Shown here in pieces: positions 14,100-23,120 of a stretch of 24,000 bases of DNA (the stretch's first letter is position 1; the number at the start of each line of letters is the position of its first letter). The notes beneath the pieces are model-generated. The model was given only the letters and a program-made list of their open reading frames with translations, ran no database searches and was not told the DNA's origin. The translations under genes were made by a program, and so were the position numbers. The stretch is from Mycobacterium phage Rope, in sequence record MT684602.1. One strand, given 5' to 3'.

Positions 14100-16408
14100 C
14101 GAAACCTGTACTGTCAGAGCAGGAGACTGAGAAGCTCTTCAAGTTCTGGCTTGCCGAGGGGTTCAAGTTCCGTAGGCGCACTAGCAAAGAGATGCAGGCC
14201 GAACCTAAGAAGTACCAAGAGCGCCTGCGCATGGAATTCGGCGTAATCCGTAGCGTACCAGGGTATATCGACTACTTTCTCATGGTGAGCGACCTGGTGC
14301 GTTGGGCCAAAGATAATGGCATTCTAGTGGGTCCAGGCCGTGGTAGTGCAGCCGGTAGTCTGTGTTGTTGGCTTTTGCGTATCACCGAGATTGACCCACT
14401 GCTGTACCCCATGCTCTTTGAGCGGTTCCTGGACCCTACGCGTACAGACCCTCCAGATATCGATATCGACTTTGAGGACGAGAGGCGTTGGGAGGTTATT
14501 CAATACGCCCAGGAGAAGTACGGATACGATAGGGTTGCTAACATTCTGACGTTCACCCGGTACAAGGGCAAGAACAGCCTGGATGACGTAGCGCGCGTAT
14601 ACGAAATCCCAGAGTGGAAGATTGAGAACATCAAGGGTAAGCTCGTGGAGCGGCAAGACGGCCACCCACGGTTTTCCATGACACTGCTTGACACCTTCGA
14701 TAGCTACGACGACGTTGCCGAAACAGTTAGGCGTACACCTGAATTGCAGTACGCGCCACGGCTGGAGGGCATCAACGGGCAGTCCAACTACCGTACGGCC
14801 GGTATCCACCCTGCTGGCATTGTGATCAGTGGCGTACCGTTGACTCAGATTACAGCCACCTACGAAAAGCAGAGTGGAGCCCAGCGCGGAAGCGGCGTTG
14901 CGTACGACAAGAAAGACAGTGAGTACCTAGGTCTTCTGAAGGTTGACTTCCTTAGCCTAACTACGCTTACCGGCATCCGAGCAACACTGGAACACCTACA
15001 GTGGGTGCGTGACCGAATCGGCATGACTATCGAGGAGTTCTACCAGATACCACTAGATGACCCTAAGGTTTTCGAGGCGTTTCGCGCTGGTGACGTGTTG
15101 GGCATCTTCCAGTTTGAGGGTGTGGCAACACGGCGCGTGCTCAAAGGCGTACAGCCAGATAAGTTTATGGACCTGGTAGACGTAAACGCATTGAGCCGCC
15201 CTGGTGGCGACGATACGGCGTACATCAAGGCCAAGAGCACAGGCCAGCTGCCAGAGCCGGTCCACCCCACAGTTGACGACCACATCCAATGGACCTGGGG
15301 CACTATCGTTTACCAGGAGCAGATTCTTCTAATCCTTAGGGACTTTGGAGGATTCGCGCCGGCTGAGGTCAACCGCATTAGGAAGATTATCTCGGCCAAG
15401 GAAGACTCAAGTGTCTTCAACGAGTTCCTCGAAAGGTTCGTGGAAGGTGCTGCGTCTCACGGCGTTTCACGCGAGAAGGCCGTGGGTGTGTGGCAGAAGA
15501 TGGTCAACGCTACAGGGTACGCGTTCAACATCAGTCACGCTGTGTGTTATAGCGATACGGCCTACCGGCAGATGTGGCTCAAGGTGTACTACCCTGAGTT
15601 CTACCTAGGGCAGCTACTCAAGTGCCCCGACACGGCAGAGGGCCTGGAACGCCGCCGGAAGCTGATCGTGGAGGCCGAGCGCAAGGGCATCAAGGTAAAC
15701 AGCCTGGATCTGCATGAGTCACAGGCAGGCTGGAGCTTGCGCGGCGGCAGCCTGTACGCTGGCTTTACAGCCGTGAAGGGCATTGGCCTCAAGACCGCTG
15801 AGAAGATTGTCCAGTGGCGTGATGAACACAAAACAGAGGCTCTTGAGTGGTCTAGCCTTACAGCCGTTTCTGGCATTGGTGACGGCAGAGTAAAAGTGAT
15901 GCGCCAGTTCGCAGAAGACGATGACCCGTTTGGCGTGCTGGCCACCAAACGCCTACTTGATAGCATACGTAGGGAATTTGAAGCAGGCAAATTTCCTGGT
16001 GTTCCAGAGCCAACACACGTCAGCATCGATATTGTGGAAGAGGATGAGTACGTAGTCTTTATGGGCGTGCTGCGCAAGAAGACCTACAAAGACACTGTGC
16101 AGCAGCGTCTTAAGTACGGGGGAGACGGCCTCACCCGAGAGAAAATCCTAGAGGAGCTAGATGAACCGCACCTACTGAAGTACGCAACCCTGGACGTCGA
16201 CGACGAGTACGACGAGCCAATACGCTTGCGGGTGAGCCGGAAGAAGTACCCACAGTACGCCGGTCTTATCGCCAACGCCCGCGCTGGTGTGGACGTAATC
16301 CTGGTGACAGGCTACGTGACTCACTTTGGAGGCTTGGCCATTCAGGTCAAGGAATTGATCGTAATCAATCCGGAAGAGGATGAAACACAGGATGACTTAT
16401 CGTTCTGA
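14096..16408 (+). CDS. dnaE: DNA polymerase III alpha subunit, polymerase portion
   Basis: GILVGPGRGSAAGS, DPPDIDIDFED, GLLKVDFLSLTTLTGI, FQFEGVATRR, YAFNISHAVCYS are C-family polymerase motifs. Confidence 0.92.
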   Translation: MTKPVLSEQETEKLFKFWLAEGFKFRRRTSKEMQAEPKKYQERLRMEFGVIRSVPGYIDYFLMVSDLVRWAKDNGILVGPGRGSAAGSLCCWLLRITEIDPLLYPMLFERFLDPTRTDPPDIDIDFEDERRWEVIQYAQEKYGYDRVANILTFTRYKGKNSLDDVARVYEIPEWKIENIKGKLVERQDGHPRFSMTLLDTFDSYDDVAETVRRTPELQYAPRLEGINGQSNYRTAGIHPAGIVISGVPLTQITATYEKQSGAQRGSGVAYDKKDSEYLGLLKVDFLSLTTLTGIRATLEHLQWVRDRIGMTIEEFYQIPLDDPKVFEAFRAGDVLGIFQFEGVATRRVLKGVQPDKFMDLVDVNALSRPGGDDTAYIKAKSTGQLPEPVHPTVDDHIQWTWGTIVYQEQILLILRDFGGFAPAEVNRIRKIISAKEDSSVFNEFLERFVEGAASHGVSREKAVGVWQKMVNATGYAFNISHAVCYSDTAYRQMWLKVYYPEFYLGQLLKCPDTAEGLERRRKLIVEAERKGIKVNSLDLHESQAGWSLRGGSLYAGFTAVKGIGLKTAEKIVQWRDEHKTEALEWSSLTAVSGIGDGRVKVMRQFAEDDDPFGVLATKRLLDSIRREFEAGKFPGVPEPTHVSIDIVEEDEYVVFMGVLRKKTYKDTVQQRLKYGGDGLTREKILEELDEPHLLKYATLDVDDEYDEPIRLRVSRKKYPQYAGLIANARAGVDVILVTGYVTHFGGLAIQVKELIVINPEEDETQDDLSF

Positions 16409-16907
16409 GGCAGTAGACAAGGCATTTCAGAAGGCCCTTGAGACACTACGCGGCTGGGAGAACGTTCACAGTGCCGTTGTGGACTTTGGCCTGGGGGACA
16501 GTGCCTCTCGAGAGCTGCCCCACCACAAGGTAGTGACAGATAACGTACCGCTTGACGACGGGGCAAACGCTATCGGCAGCTACGTTGTTGGCACGGCACC
16601 GGTCCACGAGATCGTTCACCCCTTTGACGACCGGATACGGGGTGCTCGTATCTACAAGAGCGAAGGGAAGCATAGGGTCCTATTGGATCTGGACTGCCCA
16701 CACGTGTACGTTCCCAGCAGCACACCGGGCCACGGGCACTTGATCATTGATGTGCCACAGGACTGGAACACCTACAAGCGCTTGCTGCAGCTGTTGGGAG
16801 ACATGGGGATTCTTCAGTACGGCTACGTGGACGCCAGCTTCAAGCGGGAGGAAACGTGGCTCCGAGCACCTGGAGTGCCTAAGAGCCAAGGAGGTATGGG
16901 CCTGTGA
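16392..16907 (+). CDS. Hypothetical protein, ~171 aa
   Basis: Start 16392 or 16380; overlaps the 3' end of dnaE; next gene overlaps (GTGA at 16904). Confidence 0.75.
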   Translation: MTYRSEAVDKAFQKALETLRGWENVHSAVVDFGLGDSASRELPHHKVVTDNVPLDDGANAIGSYVVGTAPVHEIVHPFDDRIRGARIYKSEGKHRVLLDLDCPHVYVPSSTPGHGHLIIDVPQDWNTYKRLLQLLGDMGILQYGYVDASFKREETWLRAPGVPKSQGGMGL

Positions 16908-17908
16908 ACGACGCAGACACACTCATCAGCACGACCTTGACACACGTCATGAACCAAGGCATGTACATTGCAACCGAGAAGGATTCGTCTTGGGAGCTAT
17001 GCGACTACCAAACAATTCCCATGACAGACATCAGGTCTCGTATCTTCACCAACCCTAACAGGCCATTGAACATCGTGACGGCCGTAGCTCGCTTCACCTG
17101 GTTGATGGCGGGCAACAATCGTGTTGAGGACATAGCGTTTTACGAGCCGAAAGTCCGCAACTTCAGTGACGACAAGCTCACCGTTCCTGGAAGTGATTAC
17201 GGCCTTAGGATCTTCCAGCCACGACCGGGCCTGAACCAGATCGAGGGAGTCGTTGAGCGGCTACGCCATTCACCGTACTCCAGACAGGCAGCTGCGGTTG
17301 TGTGGCAACCGGAAGACGCTGTGCGCCAAAGTGGGGATATCCCTTGCACATTCGGTATGTTCTTCAGGCTCAGGCCCTGCCCTGACGGGGAGCACGCCTA
17401 CGCGTTGCACATGACCACAGTCATGAGGTCCAATAACGCTTTCCGTATCCTGCCTTTCAACGTGTTTGAGTTCACGATGCTGCACGAGCTGGTGGCTGCT
17501 GAACTTGGTGTGGGCCTAGGGAGCTACAAGGTGTGGGCTGCCTCGATGCACGCGTACGACAACCCACGCGAAACGCCTGCCACGAGGGCGATTGCGGATG
17601 GCGAAGTGTCCGAGAGCATTACGATGGACCCGATGCCCCAACAAGAGAATTCACCTCTTGGCACAGACCCGTTGGTGTGCGCACGGCACTTGGCCATACT
17701 GGAGGCTAGCCTACGGCACGCCTGTGACGAAGACGAATACGGCAGTATCGTTCTGGAGGCCTTCAATGTGCTGCCCAACTACTGGCTTGACCTGTTCGGC
17801 GTGCTTGCGGCCTGGGGAGCGGCCAAGCGTAACTGGGGACCACAGTACAGCATGATTAGCAACAGCGACATACGGGACCTGACGGCAGCTGTCTGCCAGA
17901 AAGTGTAA
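16904..17908 (+). CDS. Thymidylate synthase / pyrimidine hydroxymethylase superfamily protein
   Basis: SPYSRQAAAVVWQPED...GDIPCTFGMFFRLR...LHMTTVMRSNNAFRILPFNVFEFTMLHELVAAELGVGLGSYKVWAASMHAYDN aligns by eye with the TS catalytic-Cys region and substrate-binding region. Confidence 0.75.
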   Translation: MNDADTLISTTLTHVMNQGMYIATEKDSSWELCDYQTIPMTDIRSRIFTNPNRPLNIVTAVARFTWLMAGNNRVEDIAFYEPKVRNFSDDKLTVPGSDYGLRIFQPRPGLNQIEGVVERLRHSPYSRQAAAVVWQPEDAVRQSGDIPCTFGMFFRLRPCPDGEHAYALHMTTVMRSNNAFRILPFNVFEFTMLHELVAAELGVGLGSYKVWAASMHAYDNPRETPATRAIADGEVSESITMDPMPQQENSPLGTDPLVCARHLAILEASLRHACDEDEYGSIVLEAFNVLPNYWLDLFGVLAAWGAAKRNWGPQYSMISNSDIRDLTAAVCQKV

Positions 17909-17912
17909 GGCC

Positions 17913-18491
17913 ATGGGACGCAAGACCAAAAAGCAAAAGCAAAGGGTGAAAGCCAAAGCAACACAGGCACAAACGCCGGCTGCCAAGCCAAAGCCCAAGA
18001 CCCAGTTTCCTAGTAACGCTAAGAAACCGTTACAGGTGGTGAACGGGCCGTCGACGCCCCAGGAAGATGCTGCGGCCAAACTGCAGAAGTTGGCAGAGAC
18101 TTTGCGTAGTGCCAGTGCAACTTTCGGTGACCCACAGCGAAAGCCTGGCCAGATGCCTCGACAACAACTGAGGCCAGAAGTGGGGAAGTTCAAGAAGGCC
18201 AAGCCTTCTGAGTACCAGCAGGAGCAGGCTGCGTTGCGACTGCAGGCCCTGCAGAACTTCTTGCACGCCAAGCCCAAGCCGATCCTGAATCAGCTTGAAG
18301 AGCTAGGTGTTCGGATTGTGCCCTTTCAGGCATCGTTCGGGCCAGACGGTATTGAGCAGGCCATGCTGATCCCCATGCGAGACATTGCGCGTGCCGATGC
18401 CGAAATCACTAGCAGAGGTACGCTTTACGATCAACTGTACAGAGGGGAGGACCCAAGCAAGATCACACTGCCAGAACCCAAGAAACCCTAA
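17913..18491 (+). CDS. Hypothetical protein with Lys-rich N-terminus
   Basis: MGRKTKKQKQRVKAKATQAQ...; compact gene spacing. Confidence 0.75.
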   Translation: MGRKTKKQKQRVKAKATQAQTPAAKPKPKTQFPSNAKKPLQVVNGPSTPQEDAAAKLQKLAETLRSASATFGDPQRKPGQMPRQQLRPEVGKFKKAKPSEYQQEQAALRLQALQNFLHAKPKPILNQLEELGVRIVPFQASFGPDGIEQAMLIPMRDIARADAEITSRGTLYDQLYRGEDPSKITLPEPKKP

Positions 18492-18509
18492 GCAACACAG
18501 AAAAGGTTG

Positions 18510-19484
18510 GTGAAAAACCAGATGTGGGCAACTCTTTGGTTGGCCTTCGTCCTGCTCGTGACGATTGGCTTTGCCGTATGGTTCCTGTTCTTCCCGATCA
18601 CCAAAGAACGGGAAGTGTCCTACGGACGCTACGAGAAACGTACGTTCCGTAACCCAGCAGCTCTGATTGGCCTTGGCACTTCAACTTTGGTGTTCCTGAT
18701 CAGTTTGGTGTTGGCTTGCACCACGATTGTGGGTACGCGACAGGTTGGCATTGTGACACAGTGGAATCGGCCGACAGGCGAAACCCTTAGCAACGGATTG
18801 CATTTCATTCTGCCGTGGACCTCGGTGCATGAGATGGACGCCGCCATTCAGAACGACGTGTATAACGGCGACCACAGAATTCAAGTGCGCCTAGGGAACA
18901 ACAGCACTGCCATGGCAGACGTGAATGTGCGCTGGGAAATCAAGCCGGATCAAGCCGACGAGCTGTTCCAGCAGTACAAGACGTTCGACAACGTGCGGTC
19001 CAATCTTGTAGAGCGCAATCTGCGTACTGTGCTCAACGAGGCGTTCATGGCGTTTGATCCTCTGGCTGGTGATCCCAAGCCACCTGTTGGGCCGGACGGC
19101 AAGCCCACGGGGCCTGCTCCAAAGCCAGTGACGCTCAGCTCGGTGACGGCAGATGCTCTTGAACAGTTGCAAGCCAAGAGTGATCAGGTCACCATCCTGG
19201 ACCTGAGCGTGCCGGTGATCGACTATGACGACAACACAGAGCAGAAGATCAACGCCATCAACGCTGCTCGTGCCGACACCACTAGGGCCGAGCAAGAGGC
19301 CAAGACGGCAGAGCAGAAACGTCTTGCGGCAGAGGAATTGGCCAAACAGCCAATCCCAGACCTACGCATTGCCATTGCCGCGTGTGTCAACAAGATGGCT
19401 GAGACAGGCCAGACGCTCAACTGTTTCCCGTTGGGTAACAACGTTGTACCAACACTGCAGGTTCCAAACCCGGCTGCTCCGTAA
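18510..19484 (+). CDS. SPFH/Band 7 (prohibitin-like) membrane protein
   Basis: Two N-terminal TM segments, then TTIVGTRQVGIVTQWNRPTGETLSNGLHFILPWTSVHEMDAAIQ typical of SPFH; GTG 18510 after AAAAGG. Confidence 0.8.
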   Translation: MKNQMWATLWLAFVLLVTIGFAVWFLFFPITKEREVSYGRYEKRTFRNPAALIGLGTSTLVFLISLVLACTTIVGTRQVGIVTQWNRPTGETLSNGLHFILPWTSVHEMDAAIQNDVYNGDHRIQVRLGNNSTAMADVNVRWEIKPDQADELFQQYKTFDNVRSNLVERNLRTVLNEAFMAFDPLAGDPKPPVGPDGKPTGPAPKPVTLSSVTADALEQLQAKSDQVTILDLSVPVIDYDDNTEQKINAINAARADTTRAEQEAKTAEQKRLAAEELAKQPIPDLRIAIAACVNKMAETGQTLNCFPLGNNVVPTLQVPNPAAP

Positions 19485-19491
19485 GCCGGTG

Positions 19492-19531
19492 GGGTGAGCG
19501 GCACACACCAAGGTTCGAGTCCTTGGCACCC
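19492..19531 (+). ncRNA. tRNA-like minihelix element 9 (isolated copy 15 kb from the main array)
   Basis: GGGTG-AGCGGCACACA-CCAAGG-TTCGAGT-CCTTGG-CACCC; starts 7 nt after stop at 19484; followed by small GGTT-CAAT-AACC hairpin. Confidence 0.8.
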
Positions 19532-19565
19532 ACGGTTCAATAACCAAGTAACCCTAGGAGATACA

Positions 19566-20027
19566 GTGGCAAATCAGGGGATGTTTCCCACTCCGCACGT
19601 CTACGTTGCTTCGAGCTGGCGAAACCAATTCCAACCCAATGTCGTTCAGGCCCTAAGGGTTGCCGGCTACAGTGTGTACGACTTCAAGAACCCCAACGGT
19701 GAGAAGGGGTTTGCGTGGTCGGACATTGTAGACGACAACCACGACAGTGTGTCCACAACTGAGTACCTGGACATCATCGCTCACCCCTTGGCAGACAAGG
19801 GCTTCCAGCGAGACATGAACGCTCTGTTCGCCTCTGACATTGTGGTGCTGGTGCTGCCGTGCGAACGTGACGCTCACCTGGAGTTGGGGTGGGCCGTCGG
19901 CGCGGGCAAGCAAACACACATCTTGCTCGACAATCCTTGCAAGGCTAGCCTGATGTACAAGATGGTGGACTTCATCCATCCGACGCTGGAGGATCTGCTT
20001 GTCACCCTAGGGGATGCTGATGTCTGA
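19566..20027 (+). CDS. Nucleoside 2-deoxyribosyltransferase-like protein
   Basis: HVYVASSWRNQ...; FQRDMNALFASDIVVLVLPCERDAHLELGWAVGAGKQTHIL matches the superfamily pattern. GTG 19566 after CTAGGAG; track start 19494 lies in element 9. Confidence 0.75.
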   Translation: MANQGMFPTPHVYVASSWRNQFQPNVVQALRVAGYSVYDFKNPNGEKGFAWSDIVDDNHDSVSTTEYLDIIAHPLADKGFQRDMNALFASDIVVLVLPCERDAHLELGWAVGAGKQTHILLDNPCKASLMYKMVDFIHPTLEDLLVTLGDADV

Positions 20028-20436
20028 GCAGGAGAAGACCGCCGAACAGCTGGAGGCTGAGGCCGCTGAGATGCTGGCCAAGGTGGCGGCGCTGAAGGCA
20101 AAGAAGAGGGCCAAGACAGGTAAAGCCCCTGTGCGAGAGGGCGATACGCTACGCCGTATCCAGCAGGATCAGACGGTCAAAAGCGCTACTCTGGCTAAGA
20201 GTTTCGGTGGCTACGGTGGCCGCACACTAATCAGCAAGATCGAAGAGCAGATGGACCAGCGCCGGAAAGTCATGGAGTCCATCGTGGTCAAAACCGGCGA
20301 AACTAGTAGCAACGCTAACTGGTTGAAGAACAAGCACCGTCGGGAAGGTATGGCAGCAGCGCTGGCAATTCTGCGTAGTTCCAGTGTGGCGCATGAGCTT
20401 CAGCGCAGCGACGAAAGGTTGGGCATCGATGGCTAA
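20020..20436 (+). CDS. Hypothetical protein
   Basis: MSEQEKTAEQLEAEAAEMLAKVAALKAKK... Confidence 0.7.
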   Translation: MSEQEKTAEQLEAEAAEMLAKVAALKAKKRAKTGKAPVREGDTLRRIQQDQTVKSATLAKSFGGYGGRTLISKIEEQMDQRRKVMESIVVKTGETSSNANWLKNKHRREGMAAALAILRSSSVAHELQRSDERLGIDG

Positions 20437-20641
20437 GAAGGGTCAAAAGACAACGGTAACGTGTGTAGGTGGGCCAAAGCACATGCGTACCTTCACATAC
20501 GGCAAGCCCTATCCAAAGGAGTTGCTGTTCAACGACTTCCAGAAAGGCATCCAAGAGGTGTACTATCGGAAGCCAGACAGCACAACGTACCTGTACCAGG
20601 GAACCAAGCCCGCGCAGCGAGTGGAGGTTGGAAATGCCTGA
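20429..20641 (+). CDS. Hypothetical protein, 70 aa
   Basis: ATG 20429 overlaps upstream gene; MAKKGQKTTVTCVGGPKHMRTFTYGKPYPKELL. Confidence 0.65.
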   Translation: MAKKGQKTTVTCVGGPKHMRTFTYGKPYPKELLFNDFQKGIQEVYYRKPDSTTYLYQGTKPAQRVEVGNA

Positions 20642-20888
20642 TATTCACGGCCGAAAGCTGGTGAGCGAGACCCACTTTCACGGCATCCAAGAGACACGGC
20701 TGGTGATCAGCCTGGAACTGAAGTTGGACAAGGACGTTCTGGAGGAGATGCCCAGCTACAAGCGCAAAGCCATTGCGTGGCTACGGGATACCATCGCAGA
20801 GGTGAAGACACCGCAAGGCGTGCTGGCAGCAATCGAAGAGGCCGACGGTGTGTACGTGGTAGACACTACGATTCAGGCCGCAGGCTGA
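20634..20888 (+). CDS. Hypothetical protein, 84 aa
   Basis: ATG 20634 after GGAGGTTGG; MPDIHGRKLVSETHFHGIQETRLVISLELK. Confidence 0.7.
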   Translation: MPDIHGRKLVSETHFHGIQETRLVISLELKLDKDVLEEMPSYKRKAIAWLRDTIAEVKTPQGVLAAIEEADGVYVVDTTIQAAG

Positions 20889-20904
20889 AAGGGGTAGGAA
20901 GACT

Positions 20905-21612
20905 ATGTCATACAGGCAGTCCACGGTTGAGCGTCCGGCCGGATACTACGGCCCAATGCGCCGCGATCTGCGAATCCACTACCCTGACAGGCCCAAGGCA
21001 AGGCCGTTGGCAGGCGTAAACCTTACTCGGGTACCGATTCTGGCGTTTGACCCAGGCGGCACCACGGGCTGGAGCTTGCTTGTGTTGCCACGGCAGATCA
21101 GGGGCCGTGACGTGTTCAGCTACGATCCAGCGACCATACTACGCAACGCCGTTATTTGGGAGCATGGGGAGATGGTCACCACTGGCGACGAGGACGCAGC
21201 CAGCTTCCAGCTGTTCAAGATGTGCCAGGCGTGGCCAGGGGCCGCAATCGTGGTGGAAGACTTCATCTTACGTGTAGAACGAAAGGAGAAGAGCCGAGAG
21301 CTGTTGTCCCCGGTGCGCATCACCGCCAAACTTGAAGCGTACCTATGGCGTAACACCGACAGGTGCATGTTCAAGCAGGATCCATCACAGGCCAAGCGGG
21401 TAACGGACGACCGACTGAAGGCGTTGGGAGCCATTGCAGAAGACGGCCTGCCGGACCACGCAAGAGACGCTGACCGCCACGCGGTGATGTTCATGCGCCG
21501 GTGCATTGGCCCGCAGGGTGTCGGCCTGAAGCGTGTGGCTTGGCCAGAGCTGTACGGTGTCATTGGGGATGAGCCGGTGGACGAGGAAGAGCTGGAGGAT
21601 GCCAGCGCATGA
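20905..21612 (+). CDS. RuvC-like Holliday junction resolvase (RNase H fold)
   Basis: ILAFDPGGTTGWSLL, AIVVEDFIL, LPDHARDADRHAVMFMR acidic motif set. Confidence 0.75.
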   Translation: MSYRQSTVERPAGYYGPMRRDLRIHYPDRPKARPLAGVNLTRVPILAFDPGGTTGWSLLVLPRQIRGRDVFSYDPATILRNAVIWEHGEMVTTGDEDAASFQLFKMCQAWPGAAIVVEDFILRVERKEKSRELLSPVRITAKLEAYLWRNTDRCMFKQDPSQAKRVTDDRLKALGAIAEDGLPDHARDADRHAVMFMRRCIGPQGVGLKRVAWPELYGVIGDEPVDEEELEDASA

Positions 21613-21752
21613 ACGAAATCGTAAAGGTAGCTGCCGCTACGCTTTCCGTGGTGGTGATCACGGTGGTTGGCATTATGGCCATTGTGTTCGCGGACAACGT
21701 AGGGCAGCAACCAGATTACCTTCGATGTGAAATGAGCAATAGCAGTGAGTGA
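21609..21752 (+). CDS. Small TM protein, 47 aa
   Basis: ATGA overlap; MNEIVKVAAATLSVVVITVVGIMAIVFADNVG... Confidence 0.5.
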   Translation: MNEIVKVAAATLSVVVITVVGIMAIVFADNVGQQPDYLRCEMSNSSE

Positions 21753-22029
21753 CATCCAGATTATCATCCCGTTGAGCGTATTGGGCACGGCCTCAAGCCT
21801 CACCCCTGAAGAGATCAGTCGCACGCTCAACAATGCCACAGCGTACCAGCAGGCAGCCGAGCGCTACCGGGAGCTGGTCAACGTCATGGTCGTCCAGTTC
21901 CAAAGTGCCGCTAGGGATTTGTTGCGCATACTGGACGAGGTCGATGACCCCTGGCACAGGGTTCAGGCGTTGCGACAGCTGGCAGCCGACATGCAAGAGG
22001 CAGCCCAAAACACTAGGGAGATACCATGA
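21745..22029 (+). CDS. Hypothetical protein, 94 aa
   Basis: GTG 21745 overlaps upstream stop. Confidence 0.65.
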   Translation: MSDIQIIIPLSVLGTASSLTPEEISRTLNNATAYQQAAERYRELVNVMVVQFQSAARDLLRILDEVDDPWHRVQALRQLAADMQEAAQNTREIP

Positions 22030-22232
22030 GTAACCGAATCACTCGGGACCACAGCTACAAGTTCACGGTGTACGGAGACCCGAGCGTTGACGAACTAGTG
22101 GCAGAGTTGCAAAGGGCCAAAGAATCAGTGTCTCCCAACGGAGAGCAGAACACCGTAGCTATCCAACGCCACAACGCAATGGACCAGCGTGACCAGTCGT
22201 ACGTTACCATCACCGTTAGGAGAAGCCAGTGA
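22026..22232 (+). CDS. Hypothetical protein, 68 aa
   Basis: ATGA overlaps on both sides. Confidence 0.65.
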   Translation: MSNRITRDHSYKFTVYGDPSVDELVAELQRAKESVSPNGEQNTVAIQRHNAMDQRDQSYVTITVRRSQ

Positions 22233-22876
22233 CCGAAAACCCTACCAGCACACTGGAAGAGCGCGTGGCCAAGCTTGAGGTCCAGACCGTCAAGCTCAAG
22301 CAGTTTGCTCTAATGTTGCTACGGTACAGGGGAGTGCCGGCTGAGCACCTTACGCAGGCATGGCGAGAGGCGTTCTACAGCAGTGACAAGCCGGTGCCGG
22401 AGAAAGAGCTGGGCCTGATGGGCGACATGACCATCATCGAAGGCGAAAGTGCCCCATCGGGATTCCACAACCTGTTGGAAGCTACGGCCCAGTTCCATAA
22501 GCTTGCAGAGGTTCCCATCGATCAGTGGATTGGCACCGAAAGCGGCGAGGGCATGATCAGCTACGCCGAGCTGCAGCAGTTGCGTAGTCTGCGTAAAGAT
22601 TTGCTCCGAGAAGAGGTCAAGGAATACTTCGACGCAGAGGACGGCAATGACCTAATCGAGATTGTGGACGGCCTGCTGGACATCATCGTGATCGCCTGGG
22701 GCACATTGCTTTCCTACGTTGGAGAGGACCGGGCACGGTTGGCGGCTCACGAGGTGGCACGCTCCAACCTGTCCAAAGTTGATGGGTCCCTAGGGCCTAT
22801 CGTTCGCCGCACGGACGGTAAGGTCCTCAAGCCGGAAGGCTGGACCGGGCCGGACATCTTGGGGGCACTGCAGTGA
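22229..22876 (+). CDS. MazG-like nucleotide pyrophosphohydrolase
   Basis: LLEATAQFHKLAEVPID...LRSLRKDLLREEVKEYFDAEDGNDLIEIVDGLLDIIVIAWGTLL matches the all-alpha NTP-PPase helix pattern (EExxE...DGxxDxx). Confidence 0.8.
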   Translation: MTENPTSTLEERVAKLEVQTVKLKQFALMLLRYRGVPAEHLTQAWREAFYSSDKPVPEKELGLMGDMTIIEGESAPSGFHNLLEATAQFHKLAEVPIDQWIGTESGEGMISYAELQQLRSLRKDLLREEVKEYFDAEDGNDLIEIVDGLLDIIVIAWGTLLSYVGEDRARLAAHEVARSNLSKVDGSLGPIVRRTDGKVLKPEGWTGPDILGALQ

Positions 22877-22904
22877 GCGTAGTGGAAATCGTGAGGAGGG
22901 TGTA

Positions 22905-23039
22905 ATGCCTGAAGGGCCTACGCTTGCAGAGCGTTTCAATTCTGTGGCAGACTCGATTGCAGGGGTGGAGGACGAGTCCACTAGGGAGGCTTTGTATGAG
23001 TTGCTGTGGGCACTGAAAGCCCTAGCGTTGCTGCTGTAG
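22905..23039 (+). CDS. Small hypothetical protein, 44 aa
   Basis: GAGGAGGGTGTA RBS before ATG 22905; MPEGPTLAERFNSVADSIAGVEDESTREALYELLWALKALALLL. Confidence 0.45.
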   Translation: MPEGPTLAERFNSVADSIAGVEDESTREALYELLWALKALALLL

Positions 23040-23120
23040 TCGCCGGCTGACATGCTCTGTGGTGCTCTGACCTTAGGAAACACATCATCTGGTGTCGCGC
23101 GCGGGCTGCGCACCCCAAAG

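Noticed and set aside
22874-22903. Ten-codon ORF VSVVEIVRRV between 22876 and 22905
   Set aside because: Too short to claim as a gene; could be a leader peptide or chance overlap.
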